A stretch of DNA of 36,609 nt from an uncultured Pseudomonadales bacterium (GCA_964467565.1 CAYXRB010000009.1:5909-42517), one strand, 5' to 3'; positions 16,705 through 24,648 are shown, counted from the first letter of the stretch. Translations and numbers: made by a program. Notes: generated by a model not told the origin, from the letters alone.

Positions 16705-18480
16705 TTATGATTGCTGCAAAAAGCGTAAATCTTGGGTATAGAGTTGCCGTAAATTATCGGTAACGTTGTGCTTCATCATGATAACGCGCTCAACGCCCCA
16801 GCCAAAGGCAAAGCCAGAGTATTTTTCGGGGTCAATGCCACCATTCTTTAACACAATCGGGTGGACCATGCCAGCTCCTCCCAGTTCGAGCCAACCGCTT
16901 TTGCAGACTTTACATTTTTTACCGTCAACACTGCTGGTGCCCTTACAAATATGGCAATTAATATCGACTTCGAATGATGGCTCGGTAAATTGGAAGTGGT
17001 GTGGGCGTAGGCGGATTTCGCGATCGGGACCGAAATACGACTTGGCGAAAAAATTTGAGACCCCGACTAAATGAGTCATATTCACGTCCACATCTATAAG
17101 CAAACCTTCAAATTGATGGAACATGGGTGAGTGGGTGTTGCTCGCCTGCCGGCGATACGTCTTCCCAATGTTGATCATTTTAATAGGAGGTTTTTTCATA
17201 TATTCCATTTCCCGAAGCTGGCCGTTGGAAGTATGGGCGGTGAGGACTAAATCTGCGCTAAGATAAAAAGTTTCCTGGTCGTCACGGGCGGGATGATCTT
17301 TGGGGATGTTTAAGCCTTCGGCGTAGTACCAATCGGTTTCGATTTCGGGGTAACGCCGGCGGACAAAGCCTAAACGGCTAAAAATTGATTCGATTTCGAT
17401 GATGGCTTCGGAAATAAGATGAAGGTGACCTACCGGCGGTGGAGTGCCGGGCTGGGTGACATCTACCCATTCTTTTTGAACATCTCTGGTTTTTTGAGAA
17501 AAATGTTTTTCGAGTTTGGTTTTAATCTTGTTTAGTTCTATACCGGCAGCTTTTTTATCTTCAGTGCTTAAGCTTCGAATAAGACCAGCAACTTTATTGA
17601 GTTGTCCGCTTTTCCCTAATACCTTAGCGCGGTTGTCTTCGGATGGTTCAAGACTGAACGAACTTTTTTCTAATTCGCTTAAAGAATCTATAAATTTGTT
17701 TAAAGAAATTTCTTGGGATTGTGTTTGCTCGTGTTTTTTGGGGGTTTGTAATTGTGTCTCCAATCTTGCTTGGGTGTGGTAGTGGATTAACGTATTCCCG
17801 GAGTCGTATTCAAAGTCAGCAATGGTGGTTGGCCAGCATTCTCCGGTCGATTGTAGTTGGGTCCCGCCATCGGGTACAGGCGGGAGGTCTCCAATTTGGA
17901 TTAGCCGCAACGGTTTATTATCGGGTAATTTAAAGGGCAAAAAAATGTTTTCATTATCGAGTTCTGTTTTAGACACCAGGCGCGCAGTAATCGGCAAGTC
18001 CTGTTCTATGAGTTTGTTGAGTTGGTCTTGAATGTGATCGCGGTACGATTCGTCTAGAAAGCCTTCGTATTTAATGTAGAATTGGCTGCTAATACCGTGA
18101 GAGGCTTGGATACCGTGAAACTCGGGGAGGGTGAGCTTAACGGCTTCGTCTACCAGGTGGCCGGCGGTGTGATATTGCATGTGATGGTAGCGGCGATCCC
18201 AATCAAGCTTTATAGATACCAAGTCGCCTTTTGACAACGAGCCAGTGAGCTTGCCTTTGTGCTGTATGGCGCCTTTGTTATACGCAACCTCGCTGACTTT
18301 AAGATTCCCCTGCTCTCCGACTATTTCGCCTTGGTCGCCTAATTGCCCACCACCTTGGGGGTAAAAAATGGTTTGGTTTAAAACCACAACGGTATTTTGA
18401 CCATCGGATTTGACCGATCGGACTTTTGCCTTAGCTTGTTTAAGGTAACTATCGTTCAGGTAAAGTAGCTTGGTTGGCAT
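16705..18480 (-). CDS. pheS: Phenylalanyl-tRNA synthetase alpha subunit fused to an N-terminal AlaX-like (tRNA_SAD / editing-domain-like) module
   Basis: The C-terminal ~350 aa are a typical PheS (HPARDDQETFY, FHQFEGL, FTEPSFEVD, CxxC..CxxC, GFAFGWGVERV, DLRFL). The N-terminal ~240 aa resemble AlaX-M (LNQTIFYPQGGGQLGDQG, DWDRRYHHMQYHTAGH). Confidence 0.9.
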   Translation of the reverse strand: MPTKLLYLNDSYLKQAKAKVRSVKSDGQNTVVVLNQTIFYPQGGGQLGDQGEIVGEQGNLKVSEVAYNKGAIQHKGKLTGSLSKGDLVSIKLDWDRRYHHMQYHTAGHLVDEAVKLTLPEFHGIQASHGISSQFYIKYEGFLDESYRDHIQDQLNKLIEQDLPITARLVSKTELDNENIFLPFKLPDNKPLRLIQIGDLPPVPDGGTQLQSTGECWPTTIADFEYDSGNTLIHYHTQARLETQLQTPKKHEQTQSQEISLNKFIDSLSELEKSSFSLEPSEDNRAKVLGKSGQLNKVAGLIRSLSTEDKKAAGIELNKIKTKLEKHFSQKTRDVQKEWVDVTQPGTPPPVGHLHLISEAIIEIESIFSRLGFVRRRYPEIETDWYYAEGLNIPKDHPARDDQETFYLSADLVLTAHTSNGQLREMEYMKKPPIKMINIGKTYRRQASNTHSPMFHQFEGLLIDVDVNMTHLVGVSNFFAKSYFGPDREIRLRPHHFQFTEPSFEVDINCHICKGTSSVDGKKCKVCKSGWLELGGAGMVHPIVLKNGGIDPEKYSGFAFGWGVERVIMMKHNVTDNLRQLYTQDLRFLQQS

Positions 18481-18489
18481 ACATGTATT

Positions 18490-18726
18490 CTAGCGTATTG
18501 GGCGGTAAGCAATACTATCTTCAGGTAAATGACCATTTACTTGATACTGTTCGGCTACTTCTTCTGCTGTAATTTTTCCTTTTAGAAGTGATGTGTATAA
18601 AGCAACAACATTTACTCCAGGGTCACCTATCGGAAGTAAACCACGATCTGATAAATATAAGGCCGCTGTTACTTCAGCTGGACTGCATTTCCATGGGCTT
18701 CCACCTTCACATACTGATGTGCTCAT
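18490..18726 (-). CDS. Hypothetical 78-aa protein immediately upstream of pheS
   Basis: The ORF has an AAAGGA Shine-Dalgarno-like sequence 6 nt before the ATG. Its stop lies 9 nt before the pheS ATG. I recognise no family. Confidence 0.45.
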   Translation of the reverse strand: MSTSVCEGGSPWKCSPAEVTAALYLSDRGLLPIGDPGVNVVALYTSLLKGKITAEEVAEQYQVNGHLPEDSIAYRPIR

Positions 18727-18943
18727 ATTTTTCCTTTGAGAAAATTATTAATTAAGAGTTACTGATTTTTTCAACTGTACCCTCCTTTCTTTTGGTCGAG
18801 TATAATCCTCATCCGCTCTTAAATTTACAGATGGATTCGGTTAGTGCTTACCCTCCCTCCTTCTGCAAAGCAGAATTTCGAAGGGTTGTGGTGTAACAGC
18901 GATTTTTTTCTTTTTTAATCAATCGAAAAAACGGTTACACCAC

Positions 18944-18967
18944 AAAAAAACTCCCCTTCGGGGAGTC
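18944..18967 (-). terminator. Rho-independent terminator of the infC-rpmI-rplT transcript
   Basis: On the minus strand: ACUCCCC-GAAG-GGGGAGU followed by U7, located about 110 nt after the rplT stop. Confidence 0.7.
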
Positions 18968-19078
18968 TTTGTAAACATGCTACAACAACTCCCCTACTCT
19001 TGCAGAGTAAAGAAAAAGCTGTTGAGAACGGATAATGACATAAAAGTATTGTAGGTTTAATTGGTGTTGAGTCAAGCG

Positions 19079-19432
19079 TTATTTGCCGTAAACGGTTTGA
19101 ACAACACTTTGGAAGGCAGCCGGGTCTTTGATAGCAAGTTCTGACAACATTTTTCGGTTAAGGCCGACGTTATTGGTTTTTAAAAGGTTCATAAATACCG
19201 AATACGAAGGTGCTTGATCTACTTGAGCCAGGGCGGCATTAATGCGCAAGATCCAAAGACGGCGCATGTCCCGCTTGCGGTTCTTTCGGCCTTCGAAGGC
19301 ATACTGTCCAGCGTGTAGCAGGGCTTGTTTGGCCGGTTTAATATGCTTGCTAATGCTTAAGCGAGCGCCTTTAACGCTGTCTAACACTTTTTTATGCTTG
19401 CGATGGCGGGTAACCCCGGTTTTGACTCTCAT
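19079..19432 (-). CDS. rplT: 50S ribosomal protein L20
   Basis: MRVKTGVTRHRKHKKVL...RKNRKRDMRRLWILRINAA is the typical L20 sequence. Confidence 0.95.
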   Translation of the reverse strand: MRVKTGVTRHRKHKKVLDSVKGARLSISKHIKPAKQALLHAGQYAFEGRKNRKRDMRRLWILRINAALAQVDQAPSYSVFMNLLKTNNVGLNRKMLSELAIKDPAAFQSVVQTVYGK

Positions 19433-19473
19433 AGTTACGATTCTAAATATTGATTATTGATAAATTATTTTAA

Positions 19474-19668
19474 TTAGTTGGCGAGCATTTTGGTAATTTT
19501 GGTGGCAATTTTGCCGGTTAGTTGTTTGGGCACGTTATACGCACGGATTTGTTTTTTAGATTTTCGACGACGCAGGTGGCGCATATTTTGAGCACGGCGG
19601 AGTATTTTACCAGTCCCCGTTACCTTAAAGCGTTTTAAGACAATTTTTCTGGTTTTAAGTTTTGGCAT
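19474..19668 (-). CDS. rpmI: 50S ribosomal protein L35
   Basis: [25 protein letters not shown]...HLRRRKS is the typical L35 sequence. Confidence 0.95.
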   Translation of the reverse strand: MPKLKTRKIVLKRFKVTGTGKILRRAQNMRHLRRRKSKKQIRAYNVPKQLTGKIATKITKMLAN

Positions 19669-19703
19669 AAATACTTTGCAGGCTAAAGTGTAATAAATAA
19701 CGA

Positions 19704-20282
19704 TTAATTAGTAATGTCTGTTGGTTGAGTGTTTATTATTTTTTTACCTTTTGGCTGTAATTGCGTGGTAAGGATTTTACCACTTAAGGCTGGTTCCCGT
19801 TCGACTGTCGAGATGTCGGAAAGGTCTATGATAGCATTTTTTAAAACTTTGTCACCAAAGTCTTTTCTGGTAATCTGACGACCGGTAAATTTAACGTTTA
19901 GTCGGACTTTGTTACCTTCGAGCAAGAATTCGCGGGCACGCTTGATGCGAATGTCAAAGTCACCTTGGGCAATAAAGGGGGTGAAGCGAATTTCTTTAAT
20001 ATCAACGTTTTTGGCACTCTTGCGGTCTGATGACTCTTTTTGCTGTTGCTGATATTTGAATTTTGACAAGGAAATAAGTTTGGCAACGGGCGGGTTAGCT
20101 TGTGGGGAAACCAAGACAACATCGAGGTCTTTTTCTTGAGCTAACCTTAAGGCATCGTTTTTGCTCATGACCCCAATCTGTTTGGCTTGATCATCGACAA
20201 GACGGAGCATGTCGGCGCGAATAAATTGATTGAACTGGTAGTGGGCTTTGGGTTTAGCGCGTTTAGCGTAATGTGGTTTCAT
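19704..20282 (-). CDS. infC: Translation initiation factor IF-3
   Basis: [45 protein letters not shown]... and a C-terminal domain are present. Start set at the ATG at 20282 (193 aa). The true start could be a non-canonical codon further upstream in the same frame. Confidence 0.88.
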   Translation of the reverse strand: MKPHYAKRAKPKAHYQFNQFIRADMLRLVDDQAKQIGVMSKNDALRLAQEKDLDVVLVSPQANPPVAKLISLSKFKYQQQQKESSDRKSAKNVDIKEIRFTPFIAQGDFDIRIKRAREFLLEGNKVRLNVKFTGRQITRKDFGDKVLKNAIIDLSDISTVEREPALSGKILTTQLQPKGKKIINTQPTDITN

Positions 20283-20441
20283 AGGTTTGCACTTGGCAAA
20301 TAGTATATAGTGATCAGAGAAAATTGACTTTTGTTTGGTTTTTAAACAAGAGACTCTTCTCAAGAGGGAATTGTACCATGAATACAAAGCTGATATCCAG
20401 CTTCTCCTCAAGGGCTTGGCGATGCTCGTGGATTCTTGACG

Positions 20442-22217
20442 TTACAAGTCTAAAGATTTGGAGTTGATAATCTCCAGAGCTTTATGGGAGAAAGCTTCGA
20501 GTGTGTGGGTACCTAAGTCAAGTTCTCCCCTGCCCCGCACCGAGACCTTTTGGTCATCGACTTCTTTTTTGCCAACGATGAGCATGTAGGGAATTTTTTG
20601 TTTCTCGGCCAGGCGAATGCGTTTACCAATACTTTCGGCTTGGTCCCAGAGTTCAATACGGATACCTTGCTCTTGCAGTTTTTCGGTAACTAACTTGGCA
20701 TAAACGCTTTGGTCTTGACTAATAGGTAATACTACCACTTGGACTGGTGAGAGCCAGACTGGGAAAGCTCCCGCGAAATGTTCTATTAAAATGGATAAAT
20801 ATCTTTCGATCGCACCCATAATGGCTGCGTGTATCATGAATATTTCTTCACGATCGCCTTTCTCATTGATGCAATACAGACCAAACCGGTTTGGCATGTT
20901 CACGTCTAATTGATTTGTGGCAACTTGCCATTCTCTACCAAGTGAATCCCGGGCCATAAAATCGAGTTTGGGGGCATAAAATGCCGCTTCACCCTGGGCT
21001 TCGATAACTTTTACACCTCTTTCGCTTGCCACCTCCCTTAACTGATTTTCGGCAAAATCCCAGTCAGAACGACTTCCTAAATATTTTTCGGGGTAAGACG
21101 GGTCGCTTAAAGATAAGCGAACATAGGTAGTAAAACCGGCAGCAGAGTAGAATTCATCGATGATATCCCAAATTTTCATGATTTCTGATTTTGCCTGAGC
21201 TTTTCTGCAAAAAACGTGGGCATCGTCTTGCGTTATAGACCTAACACGAGATAGTCCAGACAATTCGCCAGTTTGTTCGTCTCTATAGACCATGGTGGTA
21301 TTGGCATAACGTTGAGGCATTTCTCGGTAACTATGGGCCTTGCGGGCAAAGATTTGGGTGTGGTGGGGGCAATTCATCGGCTTCATGGCAAACTCATGGC
21401 CTTCGCGGGTGTTTATTCTAAAGAGCTCATCTTTAAATTTGTCCCAGTGGCCGCTGGTTTCGTACAATTCTTTTTTAGTTATGTGGGGAATTTCTACTTT
21501 GCTATAACCTCTTTCTTGGCGCAATTTCCAGACAAAGTCGTCGAGTAAATTTCTGAGAATAGTGCCTTTTGGCGTCCATAAGGCCAGACCGGAGCCTACT
21601 AAATCGGAGAATGTGAATAAGTCTAGCTCGGGGCCTAATTTTTTGTGATCACGGCGCTTGGCTTCTTCTAACTTCCATAAGTAATCGTCTAACTCTTCTT
21701 GGGTTGGGAAAGCCGTACCATAAATGCGGGTTAACATAGGGTTTTTTTCATCGCCTCGCCAATAGGCTCCCGCAATAGACAAGAGTTTGAAATATTTAAG
21801 GTCTTCTTTAGGGTTGTCGACATGACCACCTTTGCACAGGTCCCAGTAATCTCCCGATTTATAAAAACTAATTTTTTCTTTACCGCCTTGTGAGAATTCG
21901 TCAATAAGTTCGTGTTTATAAGAGTTGTTGGGGTATTCAGCCTTTGCTTTTTTTGCATCGAGCTCATGTTTTTCAAAACCATCCCAGCTACTAACAATTT
22001 GGCGCATTTTTTGCTCGATTTTGGGAAAGTCTGCAGCCGAAACAGGATTTTCAAACTCAAAGTCAAAATAAAAGCCATCTTGAATGGCTGGGCCAATAGC
22101 GCGCTTGGTATTTGGCCACAAGTCCATGACAGCGGCAGCTAATAAATGAGAACAGGAATGACGCAAATGAGCCAGGTAATTAAGATCGGGCTTAACTTGT
22201 TTTTTAGGGGTTTTCAT
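20442..22217 (-). CDS. thrS: Threonyl-tRNA synthetase lacking the N-terminal TGS domain
   Basis: The protein starts about 18 aa before the editing-domain HSCSH (HxxxH) motif. It contains CKGGH (CxxxH), class II catalytic motifs and a C-terminal anticodon-binding domain. Length is 591 aa. Confidence 0.95.
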   Translation of the reverse strand: MKTPKKQVKPDLNYLAHLRHSCSHLLAAAVMDLWPNTKRAIGPAIQDGFYFDFEFENPVSAADFPKIEQKMRQIVSSWDGFEKHELDAKKAKAEYPNNSYKHELIDEFSQGGKEKISFYKSGDYWDLCKGGHVDNPKEDLKYFKLLSIAGAYWRGDEKNPMLTRIYGTAFPTQEELDDYLWKLEEAKRRDHKKLGPELDLFTFSDLVGSGLALWTPKGTILRNLLDDFVWKLRQERGYSKVEIPHITKKELYETSGHWDKFKDELFRINTREGHEFAMKPMNCPHHTQIFARKAHSYREMPQRYANTTMVYRDEQTGELSGLSRVRSITQDDAHVFCRKAQAKSEIMKIWDIIDEFYSAAGFTTYVRLSLSDPSYPEKYLGSRSDWDFAENQLREVASERGVKVIEAQGEAAFYAPKLDFMARDSLGREWQVATNQLDVNMPNRFGLYCINEKGDREEIFMIHAAIMGAIERYLSILIEHFAGAFPVWLSPVQVVVLPISQDQSVYAKLVTEKLQEQGIRIELWDQAESIGKRIRLAEKQKIPYMLIVGKKEVDDQKVSVRGRGELDLGTHTLEAFSHKALEIINSKSLDL

Positions 22218-22246
22218 ATGATCCTTAGAATTTTATTAATAAAAAC

Positions 22247-22368
22247 AAAAAAACCACTCAAAGCGTTGGAGTTCTTGGAAATGCTCAGAACGGTCCCATC
22301 CAACTGATTAGTGGCCTTAATTCAAGTAATTGGCTTACCTGCCTAGTGCTAGCTGGTTGGTAGCCGGC
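22247..22368 (-). promoter_or_regulatory. Structured thrS 5' leader: ACC-displaying hairpin plus a T-box-antiterminator-like helix/bulge/helix, followed by a U-run
   Basis: Minus strand: GCUA-CCAACCAGC-UAGC hairpin at 22341-22368. Downstream is CCACU..GUUGGA-[UGGGACC]-GUUCU-GAGCAUUUCCA-AGAAC-UCCAAC..AGUGG-U7 at 22247-22314. See the finding for details. Confidence 0.35.
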
Positions 22369-22412
22369 TTAAAAACGCACTAATTAACTTGGTTTAATGA
22401 TAGCAGAGGTTG

Positions 22413-22859
22413 TCAATTTACTATAGGTGAAGGCTGGGGCGTGCTTTGCATTTGCTGGATGATCTCTTGAATCTGAGGGTCTTGTGATAACTCCTCGAGT
22501 TGTTGCGAGGTGATGTTTAGCGACGGAAAACCCGTACCTCGGGGTGCGTTATTGGCACCATTACTGGTAGGCTGTTGGGATTGGTTTTGAGTTGGCCCGA
22601 TAAACAGCTGGAGAAATTGCGTATATCCATGAAATAATGGTTGAACGTGCGGCCACACAAATTGAAGGGTTAAGTACGAAGTGATCGCAAAAAAGACTAA
22701 GTAAATTAGAATAGAACCTAAAGCACGTGAGGCGCCGGCTAAGAAGTTGCGCCAAAATATGGTCCAACTAGATACCGAGTAAATGGTTTTTAGTTTGCCA
22801 CTTCGATCATCAGGGTGTTCGGATATAACCGTGGCGGGTGGAAGATTATTTTCTGGCAT
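22413..22859 (-). CDS. Hypothetical membrane protein with a Gln-rich C-terminal tail
   Basis: Two predicted hydrophobic helices (WTIFWRNFLAGASRALGSILIYLVFFAITSYL...). The coding-like ORF fills the gap between tRNA-Val and the thrS leader. Confidence 0.5.
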   Translation of the reverse strand: MPENNLPPATVISEHPDDRSGKLKTIYSVSSWTIFWRNFLAGASRALGSILIYLVFFAITSYLTLQFVWPHVQPLFHGYTQFLQLFIGPTQNQSQQPTSNGANNAPRGTGFPSLNITSQQLEELSQDPQIQEIIQQMQSTPQPSPIVN

Positions 22860-22996
22860 TATGACAATAATAGCGAGTACTATTAACCGGGTAAATACGC
22901 AGGTGTCTGTAAAGGATTATGAATTTGCACCACCTGATGGTGAGTATATGCTTTATCAAACTGAGCTTAATTTTGATTTGTCTTCTTAAAAACCTG

Positions 22997-23069
22997 TGGA
23001 CGATAGAGGGCTCGAACCTCTGACCTTTTCAATGTCAATGAAACGCTCTACCAGCTGAGCTAATCGTCC
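22997..23069 (-). tRNA. tRNA-Val (anticodon GAC)
   Basis: Manual cloverleaf: GGACGAU UA GCUC AGCUGGUA GAGC G UUUCA UUGACAU UGAAA AGGUC AGAGG UUCGAGC CCUCU AUCGUCC A. CCA is not encoded. Confidence 0.9.
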
Positions 23070-23105
23070 GCAAAACAGGCTCTATTTTACACAAGGAATA
23101 ATCGA

Positions 23106-23741
23106 TTAACCAGCGGAAGTGGACATATACCGCTCTTGAGAGAGCATAAATTTGGTACCGCTTTTCTTAACATTACCCCAGTAGTGATTTTGAGCACTTC
23201 GGCGTGAGTAAGAAACTTCGAGCCAATTAGCCGAATCGTGAACTTGCTTACGAAGTGTCATGATAAAGGTTTTAAGTTTTTCGAAAAAAGAAACGTGATA
23301 CGTGCCAGGGTTTACGATTTGCTCTTCAATGGCTTTTTGGACCCCGGTGCCTAAGTTTGAAAGCTCTTTTGCCAACATGGCCAATTGCTCTTGAAGCTCT
23401 TTAATTTGACGATTGATTTGTTCTTGGTTGCGATCGAAAACGGGGGTACTGTTGAGTTCCTTTAGACGCGAACGACGGATTAAGTCTTGTTCAATCTGGC
23501 TATCTTTTGGTTGGATCCACTCATTTAAAAACTCATTCCTGCCCGGAGCGTAGTCTGCTGGTTGGGTTGCGCCACCGGTTAAGCCACTGACTAAATCAGT
23601 AGCTACACCACCGATTAAATCTTTAGTAGCTGATTTTAGCGTATAACCGCCGATACTTTTTAACGCCTCGGCAAAGTTTTGCGGTTGTCGGTTGGTTGTC
23701 TTCTTTGTCGGTTTAACGGCAAAGGGATCAAGGGTTGTCAT
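23106..23741 (-). CDS. Hypothetical protein (Gly-rich N-terminal region, central coiled coil)
   Basis: 211-aa ORF with its own near-consensus promoter. It contains the coiled-coil-like segment QINRQIKELQEQLAMLAKELSNL. No family recognised. Confidence 0.55.
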   Translation of the reverse strand: MTTLDPFAVKPTKKTTNRQPQNFAEALKSIGGYTLKSATKDLIGGVATDLVSGLTGGATQPADYAPGRNEFLNEWIQPKDSQIEQDLIRRSRLKELNSTPVFDRNQEQINRQIKELQEQLAMLAKELSNLGTGVQKAIEEQIVNPGTYHVSFFEKLKTFIMTLRKQVHDSANWLEVSYSRRSAQNHYWGNVKKSGTKFMLSQERYMSTSAG

Positions 23742-23775
23742 ATAAAAACTGCCTCACGTCAAGGCTTTTGCGCGT

Positions 23776-23804
23776 ATTATATAAAACGAATCTGAAAGTT
23801 GCAA
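23776..23804 (-). promoter_or_regulatory. Sigma70-like promoter for the 211-aa hypothetical gene
   Basis: Minus strand TTGCAA-N17-TATAAT, with the -10 element ending 34 nt upstream of the ATG at 23741. Confidence 0.45.
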
Positions 23805-23823
23805 TAAAATTTCGTAATCGTTA

Positions 23824-24648
23824 TTAGAGGGCTTGCAAGTGATCGATGACTTTTTGGCGGGTTAACATATCTTTAAATGAAGCTTTGGCATATTTGCTCT
23901 GGGAGACTTCTTGTTTCGTTTTTAGGTCATCGATGTTCTCGATAAAATCGGCTAATTCTTGATCGGATGCGATTAGATCGTGCTTTTGTGCGATAGCCTC
24001 GATAATGAAATCTAGTTTGACGTTTTTGGTGGAAGTGTTTTTGTAGTCATCCCGTAGTGCCTCTACGGTTTTGCCAAGGGACTGGGCGTACTGTTCGATA
24101 GTGAGACCTAATTTTTGAACTTGCTCGAGTAAACGGCTTAGGGCGCGGTTCGTTTCTTCCTCGACGAGTAATTCGGGCACTTCAAGTTTGCAGGTTACTA
24201 AAAGTAACTCGAGTATTTCATTGAGTTTTTCCTGGTCATGGTGCTGGTGTCCCTCGTGTTCGTTGGGTTTATCTGGGGTCCAAATGGCCGACTTTGCCTT
24301 TAACCCTTTTACTTCGGCTTCGTAATTGTTTAGGTCTACCGTAGGTTTTTGAGCGATTTCAACTTCAAGCTCCCAATCCTCATTTTCGTTAGCGGATTTT
24401 AAATTAATCCGCGGCATGGTGATGGGTTTTAATTTGTGTTCGTCGACGTATTTGTTGTAAGCAGGAGCAAAGACCTTCATCATGGCCTTTTCGTAGAGTT
24501 TTGACTTATCGAGCTGTTCCTCGACTAAACTAAGCGGTGCAGCACCTTTGCGAAAACCTTTTACGGTTAAATCCTTAGCCGCCGTCTTGATTGCATCTTG
24601 GTATGCCGCAGTAATGTCTTTTAATGGTAATTTGAGTGAAAATTTCAT
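23824..24648 (-). CDS. tig: Trigger factor lacking the central FKBP-type PPIase domain
   Basis: It has the ribosome-binding signature GFRKGAAP in the N-domain. The N-domain is followed directly by C-domain-like helices (EVPELLVEEETNRALSRLLEQ...). At 274 aa it is much shorter than the ~430 aa usual length. Confidence 0.8.
   Translation of the reverse strand: MKFSLKLPLKDITAAYQDAIKTAAKDLTVKGFRKGAAPLSLVEEQLDKSKLYEKAMMKVFAPAYNKYVDEHKLKPITMPRINLKSANENEDWELEVEIAQKPTVDLNNYEAEVKGLKAKSAIWTPDKPNEHEGHQHHDQEKLNEILELLLVTCKLEVPELLVEEETNRALSRLLEQVQKLGLTIEQYAQSLGKTVEALRDDYKNTSTKNVKLDFIIEAIAQKHDLIASDQELADFIENIDDLKTKQEVSQSKYAKASFKDMLTRQKVIDHLQAL

Noticed and set aside
18727-18950. A possible T-box riboswitch upstream of pheS.
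   Set aside because: There is no UGGNACC bulge context and no T-box core. The closest string, GGAGGGUACAG, is the Shine-Dalgarno region of a mini-ORF. The region is reported only as an unexplained structured leader.
20283-20441. Small hairpins in the thrS-infC spacer (AAGCUG-GAUAU-CAGCUU; the overlapping CUCUU/AAGAG palindromes), considered as a possible L20-leader-like operator.
   Set aside because: I cannot match them from memory to the L20 leader structure. The stems are short (5-6 bp) and could be a simple thrS terminator. An Rfam scan is needed before any claim.
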